NCBI GenBank assembly: GCA_021735655.1
Contig: JAIPGM010000001.1
Span: forward strand, 64,001-128,000
Direction of reading: 5' to 3'
Length of the DNA stretch: 64,000 bases
Source of the DNA: Candidatus Omnitrophota bacterium
GTDB taxonomy: Bacteria > Omnitrophota > Gorgyraeia > Duberdicusellales > 4484-171
Positions within the stretch are counted from its first letter, which is position 1. The number at the start of each line of letters is the position of its first letter. Positions 15,001 to 27,000 of this stretch are shown here, piece after piece. Both the position numbers and the translations under genes were made by a program. The notes beneath the pieces were generated by a model. It was not told the origin of the DNA. It made no database searches and was given only the letters and a program-made list of their open reading frames with translations.

Positions 15001-18000
15001 GGTTTTTGGCAGAGAAAGGATAATAAAACTATAGCGGTTATTTATGCAGCTGCTGGCGAAAGAAAAGGTTTCGATGTAAGTTTTACTGAAGAAGTTCGTT
15101 CGGTTGAAGAGCAAAAAGCCAAGAAACTTGCTGATGACCAAGCTGCTGAAAAAGCTGCTGAAGTTAAGAAAGCCGCTGACGCTGAAAAACTTGCTGCTGA
15201 AAAAGCTGCTGAAGCCAAGAAAGTAGCTGATGCTGAAAAACTTGCTGCTGAAAAAGCTGCTGAAGCCAAGAAAGTAGCTGATGCTGAAAAAGCTGCTGAA
15301 GCCAAGAAAGTAGCTGATGCTGAAAAAGCTGCTGAAGCCAAGAAAGTAGCTGATGCTGAAAAACTTGCTGCTGAAAAAGCTGCTGAAGCCAAGAAAGTAG
15401 CTGATGCTGAAAAAGCTGCTGAAGCCAAGAAAGTCGCTGATGCTGAAAAAGCTGCCGAAGCCAAGAAAGTAGCTGATGCTGAAAAACTTGCTGCTGAAAA
15501 AGCTGCTGAAGCCAAGAAAGTAGCTGATGCTGAGAAAGCTGCTGAAGCTAAGAAAGTAGCTGATGCTGAAAAACTTGCTGCTGAAAAAGCTGCTGAAGCC
15601 AAGAAAGTAGCTGATGCTGAAAAAGCTGCTGCTGACAAAAAGATTGCTGATGAAGCTGCTGCTAAGAAATTAGCTGATGAGGCTGCCGCTAAACCAAAAA
15701 CCCAAAATGATGGAGCTAGGGGTATTCGCGCTCCGCCAGCTGCGGAACCAAAGGTTGAAGATCAGCCACTAGCTAAAGCAGAAGAAGCAGTTAGCCAAGC
15801 AATGGAGAAATTGGTTGATGCTGCTAATGCTTCAAATGATGCTGCTAATGCTTATTCCGAAGCTACCAGCAAAGAAGCTGAAGATAAACTTAATAAACTA
15901 GCTGGAGAGTTTGCTCAGTTAGTTTTAGCTAGGGATAATCAAGATGATCAGGTTGTTGACAACGATGGTCAGGTAAAGGCTAAGGAAGCCGAAGTAAGCC
16001 AGAAACAGAAATCAATAGCCGAGCAAGAGGAAAGATTAGAAAAAGCTCTTACTCCTCCAGAAATAAGTGAAGATTGGGAACAGGCTGCCAAGGAGAGGTT
16101 TGGTAAATATAGCCATAATTCTAGGGGTAAATATAATAAAAATAGATTTCATAGCCAGACTCGCACAGTTCCATCAGTAGCTTATGATCAACCAGAAGAA
16201 GATTTTCGTAAAGGAATTCATGAGGTTGTCGGTGAAGGCAAAGAAGCCGCTGCTTATGTTGATACTTCAGTAGTTCATCGTGGTAGTGAAGCGCGTGGTG
16301 CTGGTACAGTAGTTTTGATCTTTGCTGTAGATAAAAATGATTTTAATAAAAGAGTTTTAATATATGTTGATGCCAGCCGTAGACGCGGTATCGATTATAA
16401 TGATCAATATTTTGACTTAGAGGGTAATCAAGTTGAGCCTTTTGGAACAAGTGATAGCTTAATCATTAGGGTTGGCCAAGTTAGTTCCGACAAAGATGGA
16501 GAAATAAGCTTAGATTGGGGTGAACCTTACACTAGTTCTCGTGGCGAAATTAATGATATTTTTGGAAAATATAAACCTGAAGGTGAATTCGTGGCTGGAT
16601 CAGAAGCTCAAGCTAGCGAGCGATCAGCCAAAGATTTACAGGAAGAGTTAGAAAAAGCCGAAGGCGAATTAGAAGCCCTCAAGAAAGCTAAGGAGGAGTT
16701 AACTGGAAAGACAGCTGAAACTGATGAAGAATTAAAAACTAAACAAGCTGAGATTGAAAGATTAAAAGAAAACTTAAAACAAAGACAAGCCAAAGCTGCT
16801 GAACTAAAAAGCGAAACCGCTAAAGCAGTAGATTTGTCTATAGAGGCGCAAGATATAGTTAAAAAAGTTATAGAGGCCAAAGATGCTCCGTTAGAGGATA
16901 GGATTAAAGATCTTGATCAAGCTATTGACTTGGTTGATCAGGTAGCTGAAGTTGCTAGAAGTCTTTCAACCGAAGCGGATAATGAAGTAAAAATAGCCGA
17001 AGGCTTGGTTGATTCAGCTAAGAAAATTGAAGCCTATGCTATTAGTTTAAGAGAAGATGCTGAGAGGAAACTGGCTGAGGTAAAAGCCGCTGAAGAGGAA
17101 GCCCAAAGACAAGCCGAAGAAGCTAAAAAGGCTCAAGAAAAAGCTGAAGCAGAATTAAAGGTCAAAGAAGCTAAAGCCAAACAAGCTTTAGCTGAAGAAG
17201 ATAAGGCTAAGGAAGAATTAACCGAAGCTCAAGGTAAAACTGAGAAAGTTACCACTACCCAGACCGTAAGGGTAAATATTAATAAGCCGCGTTGTTGTTT
17301 AGTAAGATTTTTTATTGATCGTCCAAGATTTGTTCGTGGTTGGGTGCAAGATGGACATTCACGTCGTTGCGGCAGACAAACTTACCGTCAAGGTTTCTAC
17401 CCTGCAGAAATTTACGTAGAAACACTAGTAGCCGTAGATACAACTGATTTAGAGAAAGCCGCAGCTGATAAAGCTGAAGCAAGAAAGACAAGTGATGTGG
17501 AAGTTGAGACTGCTAAAGGAGAGGTTGAAGTTGCTTCAACGGCTACCCAAGAAGCTGAAGCTAATTATAATCAAGCAAAAGCGCAAAGGGAACAAGCTGA
17601 AAAATATTTAGAAAGAGCTAAAGAACTTGAACAGGCAGCTACCCAATGGCGCAAACAAGTAGAAAAAATAGCTCAAAGAGCTCAAGAGTTAGTTGACCGG
17701 GCTCAAGAATTGGAACAAAGAGCAAAAGAAGCAAAAGAGGCCATTGAGGCGTACAAAAAGGCTCTTTCTGAAGAAGAAGGGAGCGGTCAGCCTAAAGGGC
17801 CTGAAGTAGGATCCTTTTATGAGAATCATCCATTTTGGTTTTTCTTCTTACTTTTAACCCCCGGATATCTTTTCGGAATATGGGCTGCTATACGTCGTCG
17901 AAAGGGACTTTCAATCATTCCTGGACGAGGAAAAAAAGTTGTTATAGCTCTTATTGCTGTTGGATTAAGCTTAGCTTTGGCTGATAAGGCTTCTGCTGCA

Positions 18001-21000
18001 GACGTCAGCTTAGCAACTATGGCTGTAGAGAGCTACATGACTTTACAGAATACTACTGGTGGAGTTACTGGTTTTGGAACTGGTTATGCATTAGGAGAAG
18101 CTACAGTAGCTTTATTCTATTGGTTGTTTGGTAATAAAGATAAGACTGAACAATCCCAACCAATCCAACCTCAAGCAGATCAAGCCCCTTCTAGTCGCAA
18201 GAAAGGAAAGAAAAAAGTTGGGCCAGAAGTAACTGAAGAGTCTGATTCTGTTGTACATGAAGATGGTGATAGTGAGGACGGTGAAATGGGTTCTGGAATT
18301 GCCACTTCAAAAGGCCGGAAAGATAGTTCGCAGTCAGCACTTTCAGATATAAAAGTAAAAGCTGAATTAAGTCCTTTAGGCAGACAGGTACGTATTATTA
18401 TTGCTAGTAAGCAGGGTACCAAGAAAGCTCTATTGGATGAGATTTTTGATTTAGCAAATCTTCCGATATTTATTGCTACTGAGGAAGGAAGTTTCTATAT
18501 TTACTATAACCCACGAACCAATCAGTTGATTATTACCGCTGAACGAAGCATTAGTAATAATCCGGCTAGTGTCGGTATGGTACCGGTGAGTTCATACGGC
18601 CAAGCAGCGGAATTAGAGACTCTTTGGGAAAGTGAAGATGGGACTGAAATGGCAGCCCTTGAGGGCGAAGTTGATGACTTCGATGATGTTACTATAAACA
18701 ATATTCGTGGCATAAACAGTTATCTTACTCATCGTAACAGTATTGTTATTATTACCAGTGCTTCTGATCCAGAAGCTTACGTGCAGGATGGCGAGGATAC
18801 AGTCAATGCTGTTATAATCCAGTCAAGTAGGCGAATTGTTCATAACTCAGTTTCCTTGATGAATGCTCTTGGTCAGATAGAAGAGGTTAATGCGTTCTTA
18901 ATTTTAGGGACATCTTCTGATTGGATTACTACAGATGAAGATGGTAGAACTTTTATCCATCGCGCAGTGAAGTTAGTAGGTCGCGATGGTAATCGTATTC
19001 GTATGGTCGTTTTGGATTTTGATCAACCACTTGAAGTTCATTATGGAGTAATTCGTTTGGGACGACCGACTAACACTAAAAATATTCAGCATACCATAAT
19101 ACCTTTATCGCGTAAGCTTGGTTATGAATGGATTGCAAAACATAAAATTGCCGCCAATTTAGTTTTAGTTGATGCACACGTCGCTGTTCCGGATAGCTTT
19201 TCGTTTGTCCAAGATGGTCATGAAGATACGCCATGGATTAAGAGCGCACGTAAGCCTTGGACTATTCGAGGTCCACCCGGTTCGGGTATCCAATGGTATG
19301 AAGTAGCTCCGGGGACCTATGTTATGTTTGTTCAGGGCGCAGGTCGACAAGCCCGTATCAGAGCTGCGGTTGAGAATTTCGTTGCTACTCATCGGGCCGA
19401 AGACGGAACAGCTAAACCAGTTGTTGTCAAAATCGCCGATGGCTCACAGGGTGTAGGTATAGCAATGTTCGGTGTCGAAGAATACGATAACGAGTTAGAT
19501 TTTATCGATGATGCCGTTCAAACTATCCAGGGTTTTCTTAGTGAAGGTCACAGTGTTATGCTTCAAGAACGTGAAATACCGGTTAATGTTGCGGTTAGTG
19601 GCCAGGATTCAAATTATCGTGTCTTTATATCTCGCAAAAACGGAAAGCCAGTTGTAACCAAAATTGTGGTCCGTACTGGTCCTTTTTCGAATGATCCAGT
19701 TAACATTAGTCAGGGTGCCGAAACTATAAGTTTTGAAACAGAAAGCTACGCGATGCTTGGTTTGACTAGCGATGAGCATGCTCGTAAGCGTGAAGCTATT
19801 GAGTCAGCAGCTTTAGCAATGTTTAAGGCTTTAGATGCACAGGCTGATAATGATGCTCTTTATGAAGAAACAGAACGTAGCCAACAAGATTTTGCAAGTG
19901 CCGATATAATTGTTGTTGAAATTGAAGATGCTAACGGCGTTAAGCAGTTCCATCCTAAGATTATTGAAGGCAATGGTACCAATTCAGGTGGTTTTTGGCA
20001 TCTTGATGAATACTATAACAGTAGTTATAGCAGTAAGGGTCGTCAAACAACCGAAAGGGGTTTAGCTATCAAAGAATATGCTGAAACCATAGCCGCTCGT
20101 GCCCGCGCCTATCGTCAACGCCTTGAAGGGAAAGAAGGGGCAGCATACCTTGAACATCTTATGACTACCGCTGTGCAAGATGGCAATGGTTTGGCTGTTT
20201 CTGAAGATATTGCAGTTGATGAAGCCGAATATGATGCAGCGGTTGTTCTTATCGGAGGCTATGTTGATTCTCAGGCCTTGGCTATTTTACAAGCAGCGAC
20301 TGAGAGTGATCCTGCAGTTGCTTTTGTTTGGGTTCGTTGGTCTGGTGAGCTTCGTCGTCGGAAAGGTGTATTATATGTTCAGGATGGCGTTCGCTATCGC
20401 GAGGGCAAATTAGAAGCAGTACACTATGCAGCACCTATTGCTGTAGGTATGGTGCATGCTGCTGGCACTGTCAGCAATAAACAATTACGTAGATTAGGCA
20501 TAACACCACGTACTTGGAATACACGTGTTGAATTTTATATGCATCATAAGGCAGCTACTGCTTATATTTTACGTCAAGCTGGCGTATCAATGCCGAAAAC
20601 ACTTGCTTTCTTGCCGGGTAGTAACAGAGGGCCAGCTCTATTACGCGACGACCCCGATACAGTTATTGTATCTAAGAATGATTTACGTAGAAGAAAAGCT
20701 GCTGTTCGAGTAAGGATACGTCAACGCGTAAGTGAACTTTCAGAATTCACCACTGGCGCTATTGTTAAGCCGGCTAACCGTTCACGTAGTGAAGGCGTTG
20801 AAGCAATCCCTTATACTGGAACCGAAGCAACCATCGATGCTATTACTGATATGATTATGGCTCGTTTGCTTAAAGGCGAAAGTCTTATTCTCCAGGAAAC
20901 ACAATTAGCAAGATCAATCGATGGTTTATATGGTATCGGAAAAACTAGACACTTGGTACGAGCCTTCGGTATGATTGATCCGGTAACTGGGAAACCAGTT

Positions 21001-24000
21001 GTTTTTGCCATCAGATTTGATCCAGGACATATGCCGATCGGCGGAGCCGATAGTATTGTAGTTAACGCTACCCGTCATACCTTGACTGCTGATAAGTACC
21101 ACGGTTATACACTTGAAGAAGTTGCTGCTATGTGGGGTATGGATCCGGAAAGCTTACGCAGCAGCATTGAGCAGTTATTCATTGATGCAGTTACTGCAGT
21201 TGCCTCAACGGTTAATCCACGTGGTGTCAGTCAGGCTTGGATTACGACCGATATGATTATCGATGAAACAACCGGAAAGCCGGTTCTCGTCGAGATGAAT
21301 GGTCGTCGTTCAGCTCAAATCTTTGGTACTGAGAAGCACAGATCAGAACTTGCTCGTTCAGGAAAGGCTCCGGCACGTAGTTATACTGCTACTTTTACTG
21401 ATGCTTTAGCTGCGAAGGCCAAGAAACACCTTAAGGTAAGTATAGAAGAGACTTCGACAGCAGCAGTTCCTTTAGACAACGGAAGTAGTCATAGAGGATT
21501 GTCTATACCGGTATTTTTAGCTGGAATTTTAACTTTGGGTTTAACAAATATTGCTTCGGCTGCCGAAAAAGGGCAAGCAACTAATTCAGATAATCCGCTA
21601 TTTGCTTTATTTTTAATAGTTGCTATACCTTTAGCTGTAGCAGCTGTTGTATTCTTATTTGCTATAGATTGGGATTATTATTTTGGTAAATTAACCAGGC
21701 AATCGCCTCCCAGCGAGAGTGAAACCTCCCCGATAGGGGATGATAGATTAGAAGTTGATGGGGCTAGTTCATCCGTGGCTGCTAGCCCTACTTCTTCTAG
21801 CCATAGGGATGAGCCTCATCGACCTCTTGACAACAACTCTGGAGAAAAACGAAGCAGATTTTCTTTAAGATCTCTTTTCGGTGGAACAGCAGATAGCTCT
21901 TCAGCTTCTAGCTCTGCTAGTAGAACATCTCGAGAAACTCGTGCACCACCAGTTTTAAGAATTGTAATAGCTTGGGCTAGCGCAGGTAACATAGCCGCAT
22001 TAAAGGCTTTAGTCGAGCGTATTAGGCAGGATTTAATTGATGGATTACCTTTTGATGTTGTAATTGAAGAAACAGTAGTCTTAACTAAATTAGATAAATA
22101 TAACCAAAGTCATTTAGGCGCAACCAGAGATTCTAGCGTTGGTCAGTATATCCTTCCTTGGCCAAATTTAAAAACTAAAGCTAACGTACCTACCTTAGTT
22201 ATTACTGATGCTGATTTGGGCGGAACATCTGAAGATGATTCTGGAAAACGATCAACAAATAATAGCCTTATGGGCAGGACCTATGCTTGGCAGAATATAG
22301 CACTGGCCACTACTTGGAAATTCCGCAGTTCAAACCAAGGTCTATCAGATAGAAATAATCGCAATAACATATTACATGAACTCGGCCATCTTTTTGGAAT
22401 AAATCATGAGTGTGGCTGTAAAACCTGTATTATGCATCAAGCTGACTCAACCGAAGAAGTGGCCCGGACGAAACAATTTTGTAAGTCTTGTAATAACGAA
22501 TTAACTAAAATAAATGGTGTTAAATCTAAAAAAACACCACTTGATAACGGTAAACAAACTAGACAATCGTCTCCCAGCGATAGATTAGAAGTTGATGGGG
22601 CTAGCTCATCCGTGGCTGCTAGCCCTACTTCTTCTAAACCTTTGGATAATGGAATATTCGGAGTAATGTTTAGACAAAGAGCCACAAGGATTGATGCTGA
22701 TGGCCATGGTAATTGTTCTGCTGTGACTATTTGGGCTAAGAGAGTTGAGGCTTGGGATGGTTATTTTTCAGAGGGAGAGTCTTTTTATATAGCAGGTATT
22801 GAAGATAGTAGCGATTCATTAGGAGAAAGTACAGATCCTAGGTATGTACGAACTGTAGAAAGATCGGAATCTTCAGATAGGTCTCAAAGAATAGTTAAAG
22901 TAGAAGTCGCTGAGGGTGAATTCACGATTATTGAATTAGAAGACGGATCGGTTATTGCTCATGCCCATATATTTCCAAGACAGGGAACGGCCGATACTGC
23001 TTATTGGCAGCTTATTAGAGTGTTGGATTATTTTACCGACTCCAGAAATGGTTTTGATCAAGATAGCTTAAGAATTGCTTTTGGTTGGGAAGAACGTTTA
23101 GATGGATTTGGTTACGATGCAATTACTTTTAATAGAAGGTTGTTTAGAACTTCGGATTATATGGGGGATGGTCGAGGGCCAGTTTATAGTTCAGCTATGA
23201 CTTGGGATCAACAAGTCGCCGCAGCTGGTCTAGTCGGAGTATTACCTAGTGGTACCGAGCGCATTAATGAGTTAGAGCAGTTGGCCAGAGACAAAGGCTT
23301 TGAAGTTATTTCTTCAAATACCCGTCAATATACGCCAGATCCGGCAGGTTCCGGACAGGGGATGACCGCAACAGATATTAGCGTAACATCTAGTGATTAT
23401 TGGTTGTCGCATAGGCAGGCAGAATTTAGATTTCATTTACGCTTATCAGAAGATAAAAGACCGTTAGATAATGGTAAAGAGAGTGATTTACAGATTCCTC
23501 TTGATAATGGCCCAAAAGGACAGTCTGAATTAGCGGCTAATACCTTAGGCTCTCTAATTGCCGGATTAGTCGCTGCACTTCCAGTTGTTGGGTTGGTGGC
23601 GGGCGCCTTAGCTTTAGTAGTTGTACTTCCGCCGGCAATAACAACAACGACCGCAGTAGTAGTAATCGCAGTAATTGCGGCAGCAGGAATCCTATCGCTT
23701 CCTTTTGCCTATATCTCAGTAATGTTTTTGTCACAAGGCTTAAGAATTGCCATAGCTAATGTTGTTCATGGCGGCATAAGAGGCCCTACTGCTTTAACTG
23801 AACCTATTGCTACTCCGGGCAGTAATGTTTCAAGAAAAATTCCTGAATCAATTATGCCTTTAGCTCTAAGACATTCCATTAACCAGGTTCATGAACAAGC
23901 CCATCGTGATGGAAAAGATGAGCTTGGTGCTTATTCTGCTCAAGCAAAAGATTTCTTGGCTAAAGGAATAAAAGTTTTAATTCATCTTGGATTACTAATC

Positions 24001-27000
24001 GGTGCTACTAAATTAGTTTGGATAACTGGTTTCGGTAGTTTATTTAATGTATTTGTTCCAGCTCTCGTGGTCTTGGTTGCTGTTTTTTACCTATGGAAAG
24101 ATTTAAATTCCTTAAGGGATAGTCAGCCAATTAAACTTTTCTATGAATCTCGGGTTTTACTGACTCAAGCTGAAAGTTTAGCCATTGGCACATTTGTTTC
24201 AGCCCGTGGTGTTCAAAGCCAAAGGGTTGGGTTTGCCGATAGAAGCTTAATTGATTCAGTCTCTCGAGTAGTTACTAATCCAGTTTTAGTAGTAGCTTTT
24301 GTTTTATTAGGAATTTCGGTACCGTTAACTGGCGGAGCAAGTTTCTTCAGTCTAGCTGTATTGCAAGGTGCTCTTTTTGGAGTCTTTGCTCCTTATTTGT
24401 TTAATGTGTTATGGAATTTTTTCTGGGATCATGCTCAGAAGGATGATTACCTGCAAAAAATAGCCGAAGGTTATAAAGCTAGAACACTTTCAACTAATAA
24501 TTTGAACGAACTAGATAGGTTAGTTAAGCTTTTTGAGGATGGTTTAGCTAAGGCAAATAATTTTGAAAGAGTTTGGTTTAGGCTAAAGAGCTTTTGGATA
24601 ATAGGATCAGTAAGACTTCCAGCCTTAACCGGACCAGCTAAATTTTTGATAGGTAGGTTACAGTTAGTTTTCTGGGGTTCAGTAATAGCTCTAGGAGTTC
24701 TTCCTTTTGTTGATCAATGGTTATTAAATATTTTTGGAGTTGGGGCTGAATTTTCTTTGCTCAACCTAATTGGTTATGATGGCGTTAAAGATGGCGCTGC
24801 CAGCTTGAGTCTTTCACATACAATCGGTGGCTTAATAAGAACTGGCATAATTGTAATGTTGCTTAAGATTTTTAGCCGTAGATTTTCTCAGCTTAGGAAT
24901 AATATTCAAAATAACCGACTAGCCAATGGTAAGGATATCAAATTAGGTTCTTTGAGCGCTGGGTACTTAATTAAGAATTTTGATAGAGTAGATAAAGATT
25001 CAATAAAGCTAGCGCTTGAGCGGGGTTTAATTAATCCTTCAGGAATTCCGGCAGCTAAGGCGCTATTACGCGAAATGCTTGGAACTGAAGGCATAAACGT
25101 TGTTAATCCTTCAGTTTCCGGGAAGTTATTCCATCAGTTCTTTTATTACCTTATTCCCGATGCAATAACTTTTCTAGTCGTTATTTCTTCGCCGATATCC
25201 GGTTTATTGTATTTTTTACATAGAAGAGTACTTAAGAATTTAAACAATGATTTCAGTGTAGCGCATCCTTATTATTCTTTATGGCTTATGCAGGGCCGCG
25301 AGTATTGGGTAAGTTTTGGGCATATGTGGATAATATCAGCTGAGATTGAAGCAGTTGTCGATAGCGGCGATTATCTTGCCGGACATCAAGTTTTAAAGCA
25401 TGTTGGTGGTCAAGAAATAGGTCAGATTGCTCATCTCTTAGAAGGTAAAAATGGAGCAATTTCTTGGGGTGGCCATATTTTAGGATTAGTAGAATCTTCT
25501 TTAGGCATAAGCTTGGCTCAGGTTGCCCATAATGCTTTAGGTGGTGAAACTGATGTTGTAGCTTGGCAACAAAGCAACCAACTCAAGATTCAAATTGACA
25601 CAATAGAGTCGTCTAAAGATTTTAAAAGAATACATTCTAGAGCGAATGCAGAAGTTTTGAAGAATGCTGATGCCCTAGAGCAAATGTTTTCCTTTGAGGC
25701 AGAACGGAATGAATTAGAAGAATCGGTAAGAGTCCATGCTCGCAGTCTCCTTTATCAAGCTGCTGCTAGTAAAGAAGCGCACGATAATGTGTATGATCAA
25801 GATGGAAAGCTAAAACTTGATTTAGCAGTAGAGATTGTTGCAGCTAGGGTCACCGGTAGTATTTTAGGTAGAGTATTTTCAATGGGTCAATTTGGTGGCA
25901 GCAGTTCCTTGGGTAGCGAAATAGAAGTTGTGGTTGATGGGGACGCTGATGTGGTTGGATCAGAACCAAAAGTAGTAGCTGCTCCGTTAGACAATGGAAA
26001 GCCAAGCGAAAGACCGGTTGTTGATTCAGAAAAGGTAGATTCGGTTTCACCAAACCAGGCAGAGGGTTCTACGGTTGAAGATAGTTCAGAGGCTAAGGCT
26101 TCAGATACAAGAGAGGTCAAACAGTCCAGAGCGCCACCTGAGGAATCAAAGGAAGGTCTATTAACTCGTTTAAATAGAGGAATTTTCCGCAAAGTAGCTC
26201 CGGTCTTATTAAGTTTGCATATTGCTTTTTCACCGATAACTGAGTACTCTTTAGCTAGCTATTTAGAAAATCAAAATCAAGCAGTTGCAGTTCAAGTCCA
26301 GGAAGTTGACTCATTAGGGACGGTAGTTGATTATAGCCGTAGTCGAGACGGAAGCGCACTGAATGAAGCAAGGATTAAAGCTGAAGTTGAATCAACTCCG
26401 AGTGAAGCAGTTGATTTTGAACGGATTAACCGCGGCGGTGAACTGGATAAAGCTCGAGGATTTTACCAGACCCAAGGTCTAAAGGCTGCTTCGGATAGTT
26501 TTGCCGAGTATTTCAGACAACCTGGTAAGATTAGAGTAGGTGATTATGATCGATTTACCGGATCAGTCTATAATGGCAAATTATATCTATCTGAAGATAC
26601 CTTAGATGATTCTTCAGAGTTAACTCTTACCCTAGTCCATGAAATTGGAGCTTTCGCTAAAAGAACTCATGCTCAAAATAAAGCTATGGAGTATAAGTTC
26701 TTGGTAGCTGAAGGAAAAGTTCCTGAAATTGCTTTAGAGATGGATCCGGTATCTCGAGAAGTTGTTAAACTTAAACCAGGAAATACCATAGCGATTATCG
26801 AAAAGCCTAATGGCGATTGGGTTGCTGTAGGTAAAGATGGAAAAGAAACTGTTATATTTGGAGCATCTATCCAGGTCGCCGAAGGGGCTAACCCACCTTC
26901 AGCCTATGGTGAAAATAAGCCAGAGTTACCTTATCGTAACTTACACGATACTGACAGAGTAAAAACTGAAGATGGGAAAAATCTGACTAGTGTTTTAGAT

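Noticed and set aside
15042-15638. The 198-aa minus-strand ORF (SAAAFSASATFLASAAF... repeats), and all other minus-strand ORFs in the track (for example 1059-1427, 4638-4943, 25887-26192, 63131-63454).
   Set aside because: They are reverse complements of the + strand giant ORF. The 198-aa ORF is simply the antisense reading of the AEK tandem repeat. All are short, low-complexity and lack motifs, while the + strand frame 1 carries coherent enzyme domains throughout.
15121-15700. Possible CRISPR array or satellite, suggested by the tandem repeats.
   Set aside because: The units are contiguous with no unique spacers. Their 36/51-nt lengths preserve the reading frame, and they encode a sensible Ala/Glu/Lys-rich peptide in frame with the surrounding ORF. 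It is a coding tandem repeat, not CRISPR.
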